Origin: Candidatus Planktophila sp.
GTDB taxonomy: Bacteria > Actinomycetota > Actinomycetes > Nanopelagicales > Nanopelagicaceae
Assembly (NCBI GenBank): GCA_038905815.1
Contig: JBCKHN010000002.1
Span: 10,916-74,915, forward strand
Length of the DNA: 64,000 nt
Direction of reading: 5' to 3'
Shown in pieces: positions 40,790-51,247 of this stretch. The translations under genes and the position numbers were made by a program. Within the stretch, counting starts at the first letter, position 1. Each line of letters opens with the position of its first letter. Under the pieces are notes generated by a model. That model worked only from the letters and a program-made list of their open reading frames with translations. It was not told where the DNA came from and searched no databases.

Positions 40790-43700
40790 GTGGTATTGCC
40801 ATCCAATTTCCCGCAAGCGCAAGGTCTTTATGACCCTGCCAACGAACACGATGCTTGCGGAGTTGCCATGGTGGCCACTCTTAAGAAAATTGCTACCCAT
40901 GAAATTGTTGAAAAAGCTCTGGTAGCTCTTCGCAATCTAGAACATCGTGGCGCATCGGGGGCGGAACCAGATAGCGGCGATGGCGCAGGAATTCTCATTC
41001 GGATTCCCGATGAATTTTTCCGTGCGGTAGTTACTTTTGAATTACCAGATGCGGGTTCGTATGCAACAGGAATCGCATTTATCGCTCAAGGCGCTACCGT
41101 TAAAGCGCAGATCGAGAAAATTGCAAGCGAAGAAGGGGTGCGAATTTTAGGTTGGCGTGAATTACCGATTGATTCAAAAAGTTTAGGTAAAACTGCGCTC
41201 TCTGTTATGCCGGCCTTTGAACAGCTATTTGTGGCAGGCAATAGCGATGAATCTGGCATCGCTTTGGATCGCTTAGCTTTCGCTTTGCGCAAACGCGCCG
41301 AACACACACTCGATCTCTATTTTCCTTCACTCTCATCTCAAACAATTGTTTATAAAGGCATGCTTACAACTGGACAACTTGAAGAGTTTTTCCCTGACTT
41401 AAGTGATCGTCGAGTTGTTTCACCTTTAGCCCTCGTTCATTCTCGCTTTTCAACCAATACTTTTCCTTCATGGCCGCTAGCGCATCCTTATCGATTTATT
41501 GCCCACAACGGTGAAATAAATACTGTTAAAGGAAATCGCAATTGGATGCACGCGCGCGAGTCACTTCTGGCCAGCGATTTAATTCCCGGGAATTTAAATC
41601 GCTTATTTCCGATTGTCGAGCCTTCCGGCAGCGATAGCGCATCTTTTGATGAAGTTCTTGAACTTCTCTATCTCGGTGGCCGTTCACTTGCGCACGCTGT
41701 TTTAATGATGATTCCTGAAGCTTGGGAGAACCACACTTCGATGACAGAATCGCGCCGAAATTTCTATGCTTTTCACGCATCTCTGATGGAAGCATGGGAT
41801 GGTCCAGCTTGCGTAACCTTTACTGATGGACACCAAGTAGGTGCAGTTCTAGATCGAAATGGTTTACGGCCATCTCGCTTTTGGGTTACAGACGATGGGT
41901 TAGTCATATTGGCAAGTGAAGTTGGCGTGCTAGATATTCCAGCTGAAAAAGTGGTCCGTAAAGGACGGCTACAGCCAGGAAAAATGTTCCTGGTAGATAT
42001 CGAAGCTGGTCGAATTATTGAAGATGATGAGATTAAAGATGAACTTGCAAACGGTGCGCCATATGGAGAATGGTTACATGCTGGAATAGTGAAGTTGAGC
42101 GATCTTGCTTCACGCGAACATATTGTTTATCCGCACTCATCAGTTGTGCGCCGCCAGCGTGCATTTGGTTACACCGAAGAAGAGTTGCGAATCTTAATCA
42201 CTCCAATGGCCAAGAACGGCGCAGAACCTCTTGGTTCGATGGGAAGCGATACTCCGATTGCAGCCCTTTCAGATAGGCCTCGGCTAATTTTCGATTATTT
42301 TTCTCAGCTATTTGCGCAAGTAACAAATCCGCCACTTGATGCAATTCGAGAAGAGTTAGTTACCAGTCTGAGTGGTTCAATCGGGCCTGAATATAATCTC
42401 TTAGATCCTGGCCCAGCCTCGTGTAGACAAATTTCACTTGCCTTTCCAGTAATCGATAACGATGAATTGGCAAAAATAATTCACGTTAATGCCGATGGTG
42501 ACCACCCCGGATTCTCAGCACACATTGTGCGTGGGCTTTTTCCAATTTCAGGTGGTGGAACTGCGTTAAGAGTTCGTATCGATGAAATCAGGGCCGAAGT
42601 CAGTGCGGCAATTTTGCAAGGGGCGCACTTAATTGTTCTCTCGGATCGTGACGGCGATGCCGATCACGTTCCAATCCCTTCGTTGCTTTTAACTTCGGCC
42701 ATCCATCATCACTTAATTCGCGAAAAGACTCGCACCACTGTTGGCCTAGTTGTTGAAGCCGGAGATGTTCGCGAAGTTCACCATGTTGCGCTACTTATTG
42801 GTTATGGCGCGGGCGCAGTAAATCCCTATTTAGCAATGGAGAGCGCTGAAGATTTAGTTTTACAAGGGGTTATTACTGGAATCACGCCAGAGAAAGCTGT
42901 TCGAAACTTAATTAAGAGTCTTGGCAAAGGCGTGCTCAAAGTTATGTCCAAGATGGGCATCTCGACTATCGCCTCATATACAGGTGCTCAAGTATTTGAA
43001 GCAATCGGATTGAGCCAAGAAGTTGTAGATGAATTCTTTTCGGGGACTACCTCTCGCTTAGGCGGCATGAGTTTGGATGTCATAGCGCAAGAAACAATTG
43101 CTCGCCACCACATTGCATATCCACCGGGGGGGGAAATTCCTGGCACCAAACGTTTACCAATTGGTGGTGAATATCAATGGCGTCGTGATGGCGAACCACA
43201 TCTCTTCGACCCAGAAACGGTTTTCACGTTACAGCATTCAACGCGAGAAAAGCGTTATGACGTGTTCAAGCGCTATACCAACCGCGTTAATGACCAATCG
43301 AAACGGTTAATGACGCTGCGTGGGCTCTTTGAGTTTATGGACGTGCCTTCAATTTCTATTGATGAAGTTGAGCCGGCATCAGCGATAATTAAACGTTTCG
43401 CAACTGGTGCGATGTCATATGGTTCGATATCGCAAGAAGTTCATGAAACGCTGGCGATTGCCATGAATCGCTTAGGTGGCAAATCAAATACTGGTGAAGG
43501 CGGCGAAGATCCTGCCCGTTCTGTAACTATGGATAATGGTGATTCAAAACGTTCAGCGATCAAGCAAGTCGCTAGCGCTCGTTTTGGTGTGACAAGTGGC
43601 TACTTAGTTAGTGCAGATGATATTCAAATAAAGATTGCTCAAGGCGCTAAACCTGGCGAAGGTGGTCAATTGCCAGGAAATAAAGTCTATCCTTGGATTG

Positions 43701-45301
43701 CTAAAGTTCGCTACTCAACCCCTGGCGTTGGCCTGATTTCACCACCCCCACACCACGATATTTATTCAATTGAAGATCTTGCCCAACTCATTCATGATTT
43801 AAAGAATGCCAATAAAAATGCGCGCATTGCGGTAAAACTTGTGGCGCAAGTTGGCGTCGGAACAGTTGCCGCTGGTGTTAGTAAAGCTCATGCAGATGTA
43901 GTTTTGATATCAGGTCATGACGGTGGGACAGGTGCATCACCGCTGACATCGCTTAAACATGCAGGCGCACCTTGGGAGTTAGGTTTGGCTGAAACTCAAC
44001 AAACGCTACTGCTCAACGGTTTGCGCGACCGCATTGTTGTCCAAACCGATGGGCAACTGAAGACTGGAAGAGATGTGGTAATAGCTGCGCTCTTAGGTGC
44101 CGAGGAGTTTGGATTTGCAACTGCGCCACTTGTAGTTTCAGGTTGCATCATGATGCGTGTTTGCCATTTAGATACATGTCCGGTTGGAGTTGCCACACAA
44201 AATCCGGAACTTCGCAAGAACTTCACTGGGAAACCTGAATTCGTTGAAACTTTCTTCCAATATATCGCCGAAGAAGTTCGCGAATTATTGGCACAGCTGG
44301 GTTTCAAAACGGTACAAGAAGCAATTGGTCGCGTTGAATACTTGCATACGAAGGCCGCCGTTGATCATTGGAAAGCTAGCGGTTTAGATCTTGCACCACT
44401 ACTTGTTCGCCCGGATGTTACGAGCGCGTTGTATAATACGAAAAAGCAAGATCATGGTTTGAGCGCTGCCCTCGATAATGAACTCATCTCACTTTCGCAA
44501 GCAGCGTTGAGCCATCGAGGGCGAGTATCCATTGACCTTCCGATTAGAAATGTAAACCGAACTGTTGGGACAATGCTAGGGGCGCAAATTACGCGCAATT
44601 TTGGTGCGGACGGTTTACCCGAAGGAACAATCGACATTACTTTGCGCGGCTCAGCTGGCCAATCACTTGGGGCTTTCATTCCACGAGGTTTAACTCTTCG
44701 TTTATTTGGTGATGCCAATGATTATGTTGCTAAAGGTATATCTGGAGGTCGAGTAATTCTTCGCCCAGATAAGCGGTCTAATTTTTTATCCCATGAAAAT
44801 GTCATTGCCGGCAATGTCATTGGATATGGTGCAACATCAGGTGAAATCATGATCCGAGGTGTGGTAGGCGAACGTTTCTGTGTGCGAAATTCTGGCGCCA
44901 CTGCAATCGTTGAAGGCATTGGCGATCATGGTTGCGAGTATATGACTGGTGGAACTGTCCTCGTTTTAGGTCGCACGGGAAGAAATTTCGCTGCCGGCAT
45001 GTCTGGTGGTCGCGCTTTTCTTCTCGATCTCAATCCAAATGATGTAAATGGAGAAATGGTCGATGTGCTCGCTGTTCCTAATGACCAGAAAGAGATAGTA
45101 AAGAACTTAACCACTACTTTCGCTATTGAAACCGGTTCGCAGGTTGCTAAGGATTTACTTGAAGATTGGAAAGTTTCTCTCGCTCGCATTTCCATGGTGA
45201 TGCCGCGAGATTACGCAAGAGTTCTTGCGGCGATGGAGCGCGCAATTCGCGAAGGTTTACCAGAGGATTCCCTAGTAATGGCGGGCGCACAACATGGCTG
45301 A
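40790..45301 (+). CDS. gltB: Glutamate synthase large subunit
   Basis: EHDACGV (N-terminal Cys after processing), [17 protein letters not shown] and [15 protein letters not shown] motifs; GXGXG C-terminal domain. Confidence 0.98.
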   Translation: MVLPSNFPQAQGLYDPANEHDACGVAMVATLKKIATHEIVEKALVALRNLEHRGASGAEPDSGDGAGILIRIPDEFFRAVVTFELPDAGSYATGIAFIAQGATVKAQIEKIASEEGVRILGWRELPIDSKSLGKTALSVMPAFEQLFVAGNSDESGIALDRLAFALRKRAEHTLDLYFPSLSSQTIVYKGMLTTGQLEEFFPDLSDRRVVSPLALVHSRFSTNTFPSWPLAHPYRFIAHNGEINTVKGNRNWMHARESLLASDLIPGNLNRLFPIVEPSGSDSASFDEVLELLYLGGRSLAHAVLMMIPEAWENHTSMTESRRNFYAFHASLMEAWDGPACVTFTDGHQVGAVLDRNGLRPSRFWVTDDGLVILASEVGVLDIPAEKVVRKGRLQPGKMFLVDIEAGRIIEDDEIKDELANGAPYGEWLHAGIVKLSDLASREHIVYPHSSVVRRQRAFGYTEEELRILITPMAKNGAEPLGSMGSDTPIAALSDRPRLIFDYFSQLFAQVTNPPLDAIREELVTSLSGSIGPEYNLLDPGPASCRQISLAFPVIDNDELAKIIHVNADGDHPGFSAHIVRGLFPISGGGTALRVRIDEIRAEVSAAILQGAHLIVLSDRDGDADHVPIPSLLLTSAIHHHLIREKTRTTVGLVVEAGDVREVHHVALLIGYGAGAVNPYLAMESAEDLVLQGVITGITPEKAVRNLIKSLGKGVLKVMSKMGISTIASYTGAQVFEAIGLSQEVVDEFFSGTTSRLGGMSLDVIAQETIARHHIAYPPGGEIPGTKRLPIGGEYQWRRDGEPHLFDPETVFTLQHSTREKRYDVFKRYTNRVNDQSKRLMTLRGLFEFMDVPSISIDEVEPASAIIKRFATGAMSYGSISQEVHETLAIAMNRLGGKSNTGEGGEDPARSVTMDNGDSKRSAIKQVASARFGVTSGYLVSADDIQIKIAQGAKPGEGGQLPGNKVYPWIAKVRYSTPGVGLISPPPHHDIYSIEDLAQLIHDLKNANKNARIAVKLVAQVGVGTVAAGVSKAHADVVLISGHDGGTGASPLTSLKHAGAPWELGLAETQQTLLLNGLRDRIVVQTDGQLKTGRDVVIAALLGAEEFGFATAPLVVSGCIMMRVCHLDTCPVGVATQNPELRKNFTGKPEFVETFFQYIAEEVRELLAQLGFKTVQEAIGRVEYLHTKAAVDHWKASGLDLAPLLVRPDVTSALYNTKKQDHGLSAALDNELISLSQAALSHRGRVSIDLPIRNVNRTVGTMLGAQITRNFGADGLPEGTIDITLRGSAGQSLGAFIPRGLTLRLFGDANDYVAKGISGGRVILRPDKRSNFLSHENVIAGNVIGYGATSGEIMIRGVVGERFCVRNSGATAIVEGIGDHGCEYMTGGTVLVLGRTGRNFAAGMSGGRAFLLDLNPNDVNGEMVDVLAVPNDQKEIVKNLTTTFAIETGSQVAKDLLEDWKVSLARISMVMPRDYARVLAAMERAIREGLPEDSLVMAGAQHG

Positions 45302-46748
45302 TCCAAAAGGATTCTTAACCACTCCACGTGAAGTTCCAAAGCGACGACCAGTTGCTGTGCGAATAAAAGATTGGGCTGAAGTTTATGAACCTCAAGCTAT
45401 AGAGGACTTGCAGAAGCAGGCTGGTCGTTGCATGGATTGTGGAATTCCATTTTGTCATGAAGGATGCCCGCTCGGGAATTTAATTCCGGAATGGACTGAC
45501 TTAATGTGGCGTGGAGATACAGAGGGAGCAATAGACAGACTTCACGTAACAAATAATTTTCCAGAGTTCACTGGAATACTATGCCCAGCACCTTGCGAAA
45601 CCGCATGTGTTCTAGCAATTAACGCCGAGGCTGTCACGATTAAACAAGTTGAACTTAGGATAATCGAAGAGGCTTTCAAGGAAGGGCTCGTTAAAGCGAC
45701 TCCACCAGATCGATTAACTGGGAAAACAGTTGCCGTAATTGGGTCAGGTCCAGCAGGGCTAGCCCTTGCGCAACAATTAACACGTGCTGGCCATACCGTT
45801 GTTGTTTATGAGCGTGCCGAGAAGATAGGCGGGCTACTTCGTTATGGAATTCCAGAATTTAAGATGGAGAAACATATCATCGATCGCCGGTTAGAGCAGA
45901 TGATCAAAGAGGGAACTCGTTTTAGGACAGGAATTGATGTCGGCGTAGAATTCACTGGTTCCCAATTGCGTATAAAGTATGACGCTCTTGTTTTAGCAGT
46001 CGGCGCGACGCAATGGCGCGATTTGGAAATCTCCGGTCGCGAATTAAAAGGCGTATATCAAGCCATGGAATATTTGCCATGGGGTAATAAGCAAGCGCTC
46101 GGTGAAATTCAAACTCCGCTCATTAACGTTGCTGATAAACACGTAATCATTCTCGGAGGCGGAGACACTGGCGCCGATGTTTTGGGTACAGTTATTCGTC
46201 AAGGGGCGGCCAGTGTTACTCAATTAGAAATTATGCCTCGGCCCAGCGACGAACGGACAAGTTCGCAGCCCTGGCCCACTTATCCAATGATTTATCGCGT
46301 ATCGGGTGCGCATGAGGAGAGAGACAATCGGATTTTTTCAGTGAGTACGGAAGCCTTTCTTGGAGATGAGAGCGGCAACCTTCGCGCTATTCGTATTGTA
46401 GAAACGAAGTTTGAAAACGGAAAATTTGCACGCATCCCTGGAACCGAGCGAGAGCTACCGGCAGACTTTGTTTTCATGGCACTGGGTTTTACTGGTCCCG
46501 AGAAATCACCGCTAATCACAGAGTTAGAAGTTGAGTTAGATGAACGTGGAAATATCAAACGCGATGAAAATTTTGCAACCAATATTGAAGGCGTTTTCGT
46601 GGCAGGTGATGCTGGGCGAGGACAATCCCTCATTGTTTGGGCGATTGCCGAGGGGCGCAGCGCAGCGCGTGCAGTTGATATTTTTCTCACAGGGCGCACG
46701 CAGCTCAGCGCGCCAATCGAGCCGACTTCACGACCGCTGATGGTTTAG
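45294..46748 (+). CDS. gltD: Glutamate synthase small subunit
   Basis: [32 protein letters not shown] and [17 protein letters not shown] motifs. Confidence 0.98.
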   Translation: MADPKGFLTTPREVPKRRPVAVRIKDWAEVYEPQAIEDLQKQAGRCMDCGIPFCHEGCPLGNLIPEWTDLMWRGDTEGAIDRLHVTNNFPEFTGILCPAPCETACVLAINAEAVTIKQVELRIIEEAFKEGLVKATPPDRLTGKTVAVIGSGPAGLALAQQLTRAGHTVVVYERAEKIGGLLRYGIPEFKMEKHIIDRRLEQMIKEGTRFRTGIDVGVEFTGSQLRIKYDALVLAVGATQWRDLEISGRELKGVYQAMEYLPWGNKQALGEIQTPLINVADKHVIILGGGDTGADVLGTVIRQGAASVTQLEIMPRPSDERTSSQPWPTYPMIYRVSGAHEERDNRIFSVSTEAFLGDESGNLRAIRIVETKFENGKFARIPGTERELPADFVFMALGFTGPEKSPLITELEVELDERGNIKRDENFATNIEGVFVAGDAGRGQSLIVWAIAEGRSAARAVDIFLTGRTQLSAPIEPTSRPLMV

Positions 46749-46757
46749 GCTGAGGAT

Positions 46758-48197
46758 ATGCGCCGCGCCAAGATAGTTTGCACGATGGGTCCTGCAGTTG
46801 ATTCACCTGAGAAAGTGCGCGAGTTGATTGCTGCCGGCATGAATATGGCACGTTTAAATCTCTCTTATGGATCATATGATGAACACCAAAATCGTTTGGA
46901 TGAAGTTCGATTAGCAGCGAAAGAGGCCAGGCGACCAATTGCGATTCTCGTTGATTTGCAAGGTCCCAAAATACGTTTGGCACGATTTGTTGCTGGGCCA
47001 CATGATTTGGCGCGCGGAGATATTTTCACGATTACAACTGATGAAGTAGAGGGCACTAAAGAGCGGGTAGGGACAACGTATAAAGGCTTACCAGGTGATT
47101 GCAAAGTCGGCGACCGAATTCTTATCGATGACGGAAAAGTTACGGTTGAAGTTGTTGCAGTGGTCGCAAACGATGTGATCACTAAAGTTATCGAACCTGG
47201 CGCTGTAAGCAATCACAAAGGAATTAATTTACCAGGGGTTGCAGTATCCGTTCCGGCCATGTCAGAGAAAGATATTGAAGATTTGCGTTGGGGGTTACGC
47301 GCCGGTGCTGATTTTATTGCCCTCTCTTTTGTGCGAAACGGAGCAGATATTAAAGGCGTTCACGAAATTATGGATGAAGAAGGAATTCGAATTCCTGTTA
47401 TTGCGAAAATTGAAAAACCACAAGCGGTAGCGAATTTGCAAGAGATAGTTGACGCTTTCGATGGAATTATGGTTGCTCGCGGCGATCTTGGAGTCGAACT
47501 TCCCATAGAAGAAGTACCACTAGTCCAAAAACGCTGCATCGAATTAGCGCGAGAAGCAGCAAAACCGGTAATCGTAGCTACCCAAATGTTGGATTCGATG
47601 ATCACTAATTCACGCCCGACTCGCGCAGAGGTAACAGATTGTGCCAACGCAGTTCTCGACGGTGCTGATGCGCTTATGCTCTCTGGCGAAACAAGCGTTG
47701 GCGAATTTGCCATTGAAGCCGTCGCAACGATGGCACGCATCATTGAACATACCGAGAAAGGCGGTTTCGACCGTATCCAACCAATGCGGACCTCACCTAA
47801 AACTAAAGGTGGAGCAATTACCAAAGCAGCAGCTGAAGTCGGAGCAATTGTCGGGGCCAAGTTCCTCGTTGCTTTTACTCAAAGTGGTGATTCGGCAAGG
47901 CGCATGTCGCGCTTGCGTTCACCAATTCCAATTCTTGCGCTAACTCCAGACCATGGAACTTATAACCGCCTTGCCATTTCGTGGGGAATTGAATCGATGA
48001 TCACAGAGGTCGTCAAACATACCGATGAGATGGTTAAGCAAGTTGACACAATTCTCATCAAATCTGGTCGTGCTGCAATTGGCGAGAACGTCATGATCGT
48101 CGCAGGTTCACCGCCAGGAATTCCAGGTTCTACCAATGCCATGCGCGTGCATCGCGTGGGAGATGCTGTTGGTGGCGTAGCACCGGCTTACCGCTAG
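46758..48197 (+). CDS. pyk: Pyruvate kinase
   Basis: RRAKIVCTMGP, DLQGPKIR, IAKIEK, MVARGDLGVE, ATQMLDSM and MLSGET motifs. Confidence 0.98.
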   Translation: MRRAKIVCTMGPAVDSPEKVRELIAAGMNMARLNLSYGSYDEHQNRLDEVRLAAKEARRPIAILVDLQGPKIRLARFVAGPHDLARGDIFTITTDEVEGTKERVGTTYKGLPGDCKVGDRILIDDGKVTVEVVAVVANDVITKVIEPGAVSNHKGINLPGVAVSVPAMSEKDIEDLRWGLRAGADFIALSFVRNGADIKGVHEIMDEEGIRIPVIAKIEKPQAVANLQEIVDAFDGIMVARGDLGVELPIEEVPLVQKRCIELAREAAKPVIVATQMLDSMITNSRPTRAEVTDCANAVLDGADALMLSGETSVGEFAIEAVATMARIIEHTEKGGFDRIQPMRTSPKTKGGAITKAAAEVGAIVGAKFLVAFTQSGDSARRMSRLRSPIPILALTPDHGTYNRLAISWGIESMITEVVKHTDEMVKQVDTILIKSGRAAIGENVMIVAGSPPGIPGSTNAMRVHRVGDAVGGVAPAYR

Positions 48198-48227
48198 ACT
48201 TCGCCGCGCTTACTTATTTACGTGCGA

Positions 48228-48300
48228 GCCTCGGTACTCCAACGGTAGAGAGGGCAGTCTCAAACACTGCACAGTGTCGGTTCGAATCCGACTCGGGGCA
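48228..48300 (+). tRNA. tRNA-Leu(CAA), short variable loop, CCA not encoded
   Basis: Acceptor stem GCCTCGG/TCGGGGC plus discriminator A; anticodon stem GCAGT/ACTGC with loop CT-CAA-AC (CAA at 48261-63); T arm GTCGG-TTCGAAT-CCGAC; variable region only ACAGT. Confidence 0.93.
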
Positions 48301-48301
48301 C

Positions 48302-48883
48302 ATGGTCAAAAAAACAAGGATCCTTGTCGCTGAAGATGAAGCAATCATTCGGATGGATCTGATTGAAATGTTAGAAGAAGCAGGCTATGAGGTCATCGCC
48401 CAAGCCACCAATGGAGCCGAAGCGGTCGAGTTAGCCAAGGAACACCTCCCTGATTTAGCAATTCTGGATGTCAAAATGCCAATCCTTGATGGGATTTCGG
48501 CAGCTGAGCAAATAATTGGAATTTCGCCAGTTCTGATGTTGACCGCGTTCAGCCAGAGAGAGTTAATTGATCGCGCTCGCGATGCCGGTGTTATGGCATA
48601 TGTTGTAAAACCTTTTACAATCTCAGATTTGCTCCCAGCCATTGAGATTGCTATCTCTCGCCATCTCCAGATGAAATCTCTGGCCGATGAAGTCGCCGAT
48701 CTTCATGAACGGCTAGAAACACGGAAACTCATCGATCGGGCGAAAGGAATCCTCATGAAAGCGCTTAACTTGACCGAGCCGCAAGCTTTTTCTTGGATTC
48801 AGAGAGAGGCGATGGATCGACGCTTGAATATGAGAGCTGTAGCTCAAGGGGTCATTGACCCAGGCGCGGTTCCGAAGCTGTAA
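48302..48883 (+). CDS. pdtaR: Response regulator with ANTAR RNA-binding domain (PdtaR-like)
   Basis: Receiver domain ILVAEDE..IRMDL, LDVKMP and YVVKP; ANTAR domain RKLIDRAKGILM...EPQAF..IQ..AMD.R. Confidence 0.9.
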   Translation: MVKKTRILVAEDEAIIRMDLIEMLEEAGYEVIAQATNGAEAVELAKEHLPDLAILDVKMPILDGISAAEQIIGISPVLMLTAFSQRELIDRARDAGVMAYVVKPFTISDLLPAIEIAISRHLQMKSLADEVADLHERLETRKLIDRAKGILMKALNLTEPQAFSWIQREAMDRRLNMRAVAQGVIDPGAVPKL

Positions 48884-49011
48884 AGGCGTCCCTAATTTTG
48901 TAACGAAATTGAGATAAAAAAACAGTGCTTTTGAGTTGCATTCTCCCATCGGTGCCCATTACCCTAACAGCCTCCCTGTCCCGGGACACATAAAAAACAG
49001 GAAGGCAATAC

Positions 49012-50169
49012 ATGAACAAGAAGATTCAACGTACCCTCGCACTTGTTGCTGTTGCAGGACTCGCTTTAGGCGCAGTTGCAACAACTTCAGCGCAGGCTAC
49101 AAAGCATAAGGAGAAGACAGTTAAATTAGCATTCCAAGGTCCGTTAACTGGTGGAAGTGCGCAAGTTGGCCAAGATGAAATAGCTGGAGCAATTTTTGCA
49201 CTTAGTGAATATCACGCAACAAATCCTGCTGTGAAAGTTGTCCTTGTAAGGGCTGACGATCAAGGTGATGGAACTGTTGCGGCTTCTATCGCTCCAGGAA
49301 TTGCCGCTGACAGAAGCATCATCGGTGTTATTGGTCCTGCATTTTCAGGAGCTTCATTGAACTCTTTCCCATCTTACAAAGCCACTGGGTTAACAATGAT
49401 TTCTCCATCAGCGACTCGCGTTTCTTTGACTGACAGAAAATCAAAAGACAATGGTTTTCCAGTTTTTCACCGGGTGGTTGCAAATGATAAGTTTCAAGCA
49501 CCAGCCCTTGTACGCTATGCCATTAAGGGTGTCACAGCACCAAAGGTTTATCTTGTTGATGACTTATCTCCTTATGGTGCTGGTCTTGCCAGATTTGCCA
49601 AGTTTACCTTAGTTGGTGGTATTTTGGTGGGAACTGATTCAATTCCACAACAGACTGTTGATTACACCTCAGCCGTAGCTAAGGTAAAAGCATCTGGAGC
49701 CAACGTAGTTATTTATGCTGGATACCAACCTGATGGTTCGAAGTTTGTCAAAACACTTCGTGACGGTGGATACACAGGTATTTTTGCTGCAGGCGATGGA
49801 GTCGCTACTTCTGATTTTCCTAAGAACGCAGGAAAAGCAGCAGAAGGCGCACGTTTAACAGCAGCTGATGTTCCATTCGAGCTTCTCGTTAATGCTGCTA
49901 AATTGGCGGCATTTTCTCAAGTAACAGGAGCAAAGGTTCCAGGACTTTATGTAACTTCAACTTATAATGCCACCAATATTTTCCTTGCATGCATTAAGCA
50001 AGGAAGAATCACTCGCCCTGGTATCCAAAACTGTGTAAAGAATGGTTCTTGGAAGGGTGTTGCTGGTGACACAATCAAATTCGATCGTTATGGAGATATC
50101 ATCGGTGGCGCAGCCGTTGGTGCCTTTACAGTGAAAGATGGAGTACTTACATACATTGGAGTGGCTTAA
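49012..50169 (+). CDS. livJ: Branched-chain amino acid (HAAT) ABC transporter substrate-binding protein
   Basis: Signal peptide, GPLTG, DDQGD, GVIGPAFSG, ISPSAT, FHRVVAND and DD.SPYG.GL motifs. Confidence 0.88.
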   Translation: MNKKIQRTLALVAVAGLALGAVATTSAQATKHKEKTVKLAFQGPLTGGSAQVGQDEIAGAIFALSEYHATNPAVKVVLVRADDQGDGTVAASIAPGIAADRSIIGVIGPAFSGASLNSFPSYKATGLTMISPSATRVSLTDRKSKDNGFPVFHRVVANDKFQAPALVRYAIKGVTAPKVYLVDDLSPYGAGLARFAKFTLVGGILVGTDSIPQQTVDYTSAVAKVKASGANVVIYAGYQPDGSKFVKTLRDGGYTGIFAAGDGVATSDFPKNAGKAAEGARLTAADVPFELLVNAAKLAAFSQVTGAKVPGLYVTSTYNATNIFLACIKQGRITRPGIQNCVKNGSWKGVAGDTIKFDRYGDIIGGAAVGAFTVKDGVLTYIGVA

Positions 50170-50207
50170 TAGCTCTGAATTACTGAGTCATTCTCTAGCA
50201 ATACTCT

Positions 50208-50260
50208 AAAATCGGGGTTGCTCAACTCAAGAGAGTTGAGCAACCACGATTTTTATTTCA
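50208..50260 (+). terminator. Strong hairpin / intrinsic terminator-attenuator after the substrate-binding protein gene
   Basis: Perfect 13-bp stem GGTTGCTCAACTC-AAGA-GAGTTGAGCAACC, extended by AAAATCG/CGATTTT and followed by a T-rich tail. Confidence 0.8.
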
Positions 50261-50293
50261 TAATGAAATTTCATAAATAAAGGGTTAGGTGTT

Positions 50294-51247
50294 ATGAATT
50301 TTGCAGTTTTGACATCGCAATTTTGGTCGCTATCTTTGCAAGGAATCGCCCTAGGTTTAATTTACGTTTTAATTTCGCTCGGATACACCATGGTTTATGG
50401 AGTTCTGAGATTAATTAATTTCGCGAATTCCGAGATATTTATGTTTGGTACTTTTGCTACGGTTGTGGTTCAAGTAGGGATTTTCCGCCACGATATAACA
50501 GCAGAACCGATTCATGGTTTGCAATTGGTCTACACGCTCCTTGCGGCTTTACTCGGCTCAATGATTCTCTGTGCTCTGCTAGCCATGCTGGTTGAACTTG
50601 TCGCATATCGTCGCTTGAGAGAGCGTGGCGCTAATCGCCTAGCCGGTTTAATCTCGGCTATTGGTACATCCATAGTTCTTTCAGAAGCAATGCGAATTTA
50701 TACTCACTCTCGGCCACAAGCATCCCCACGCCTTTTGGAGAAATGGTCATTTGGGGAACTTGGAGGAGCAAACTTTCGAATTGATACTGTCATGGTAATT
50801 TTTTCCGCAATTATAATCTTTATTCTTCTGGATCGCTTTGTTACTAAATCGCGACTTGGTAAAGCAATTCGTGCAGTATCAATGAGCGAAGAAAATTCTA
50901 AATTGATGGGTATAAATCTTAATCGAGTAATAACGCTAACTTTTTGTATCGGCGGTCTAACTACTGGGGCGGCGGCGTTTTTCTATACGACAGTTTATGA
51001 GACGACGCAATTTAATGTTGGCTATAACTTAGGAATTGCTGCTTTTACTGCAGCCGTGCTCGGTGGGATTGGAAATTTAAGAGGAGCATTCTTTGGTGGT
51101 TTATCTCTTGGAATCCTGGAACAATTTTCTTCGGCAGTGCTCGGATCACAATGGAAAGCAGTTACGGTTTTTCTTGTTCTAGTTCTTGCTTTGCTTTTCA
51201 GACCTAATGGCATCTTCGGTGAAGCTGTCCAGCAAACGAGGATATGA
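50294..51247 (+). CDS. livH: HAAT ABC transporter permease LivH
   Basis: GYTMVYGVLRLINFA, SRLGKAIRAV..LMGIN and AAVLGGIG motifs. Confidence 0.93.
   Translation: MNFAVLTSQFWSLSLQGIALGLIYVLISLGYTMVYGVLRLINFANSEIFMFGTFATVVVQVGIFRHDITAEPIHGLQLVYTLLAALLGSMILCALLAMLVELVAYRRLRERGANRLAGLISAIGTSIVLSEAMRIYTHSRPQASPRLLEKWSFGELGGANFRIDTVMVIFSAIIIFILLDRFVTKSRLGKAIRAVSMSEENSKLMGINLNRVITLTFCIGGLTTGAAAFFYTTVYETTQFNVGYNLGIAAFTAAVLGGIGNLRGAFFGGLSLGILEQFSSAVLGSQWKAVTVFLVLVLALLFRPNGIFGEAVQQTRI

Noticed and set aside
43126-43133. G8 homopolymer in gltB as a phase-variation site
   Set aside because: The frame is intact (PPGGE) in a core metabolic gene, and a single G8 is compatible with chance.
48228-48300. tRNA as an integration site for a prophage or island
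   Set aside because: No integrase nearby and no duplicated tRNA 3' end seen; flanking genes are core and syntenic.
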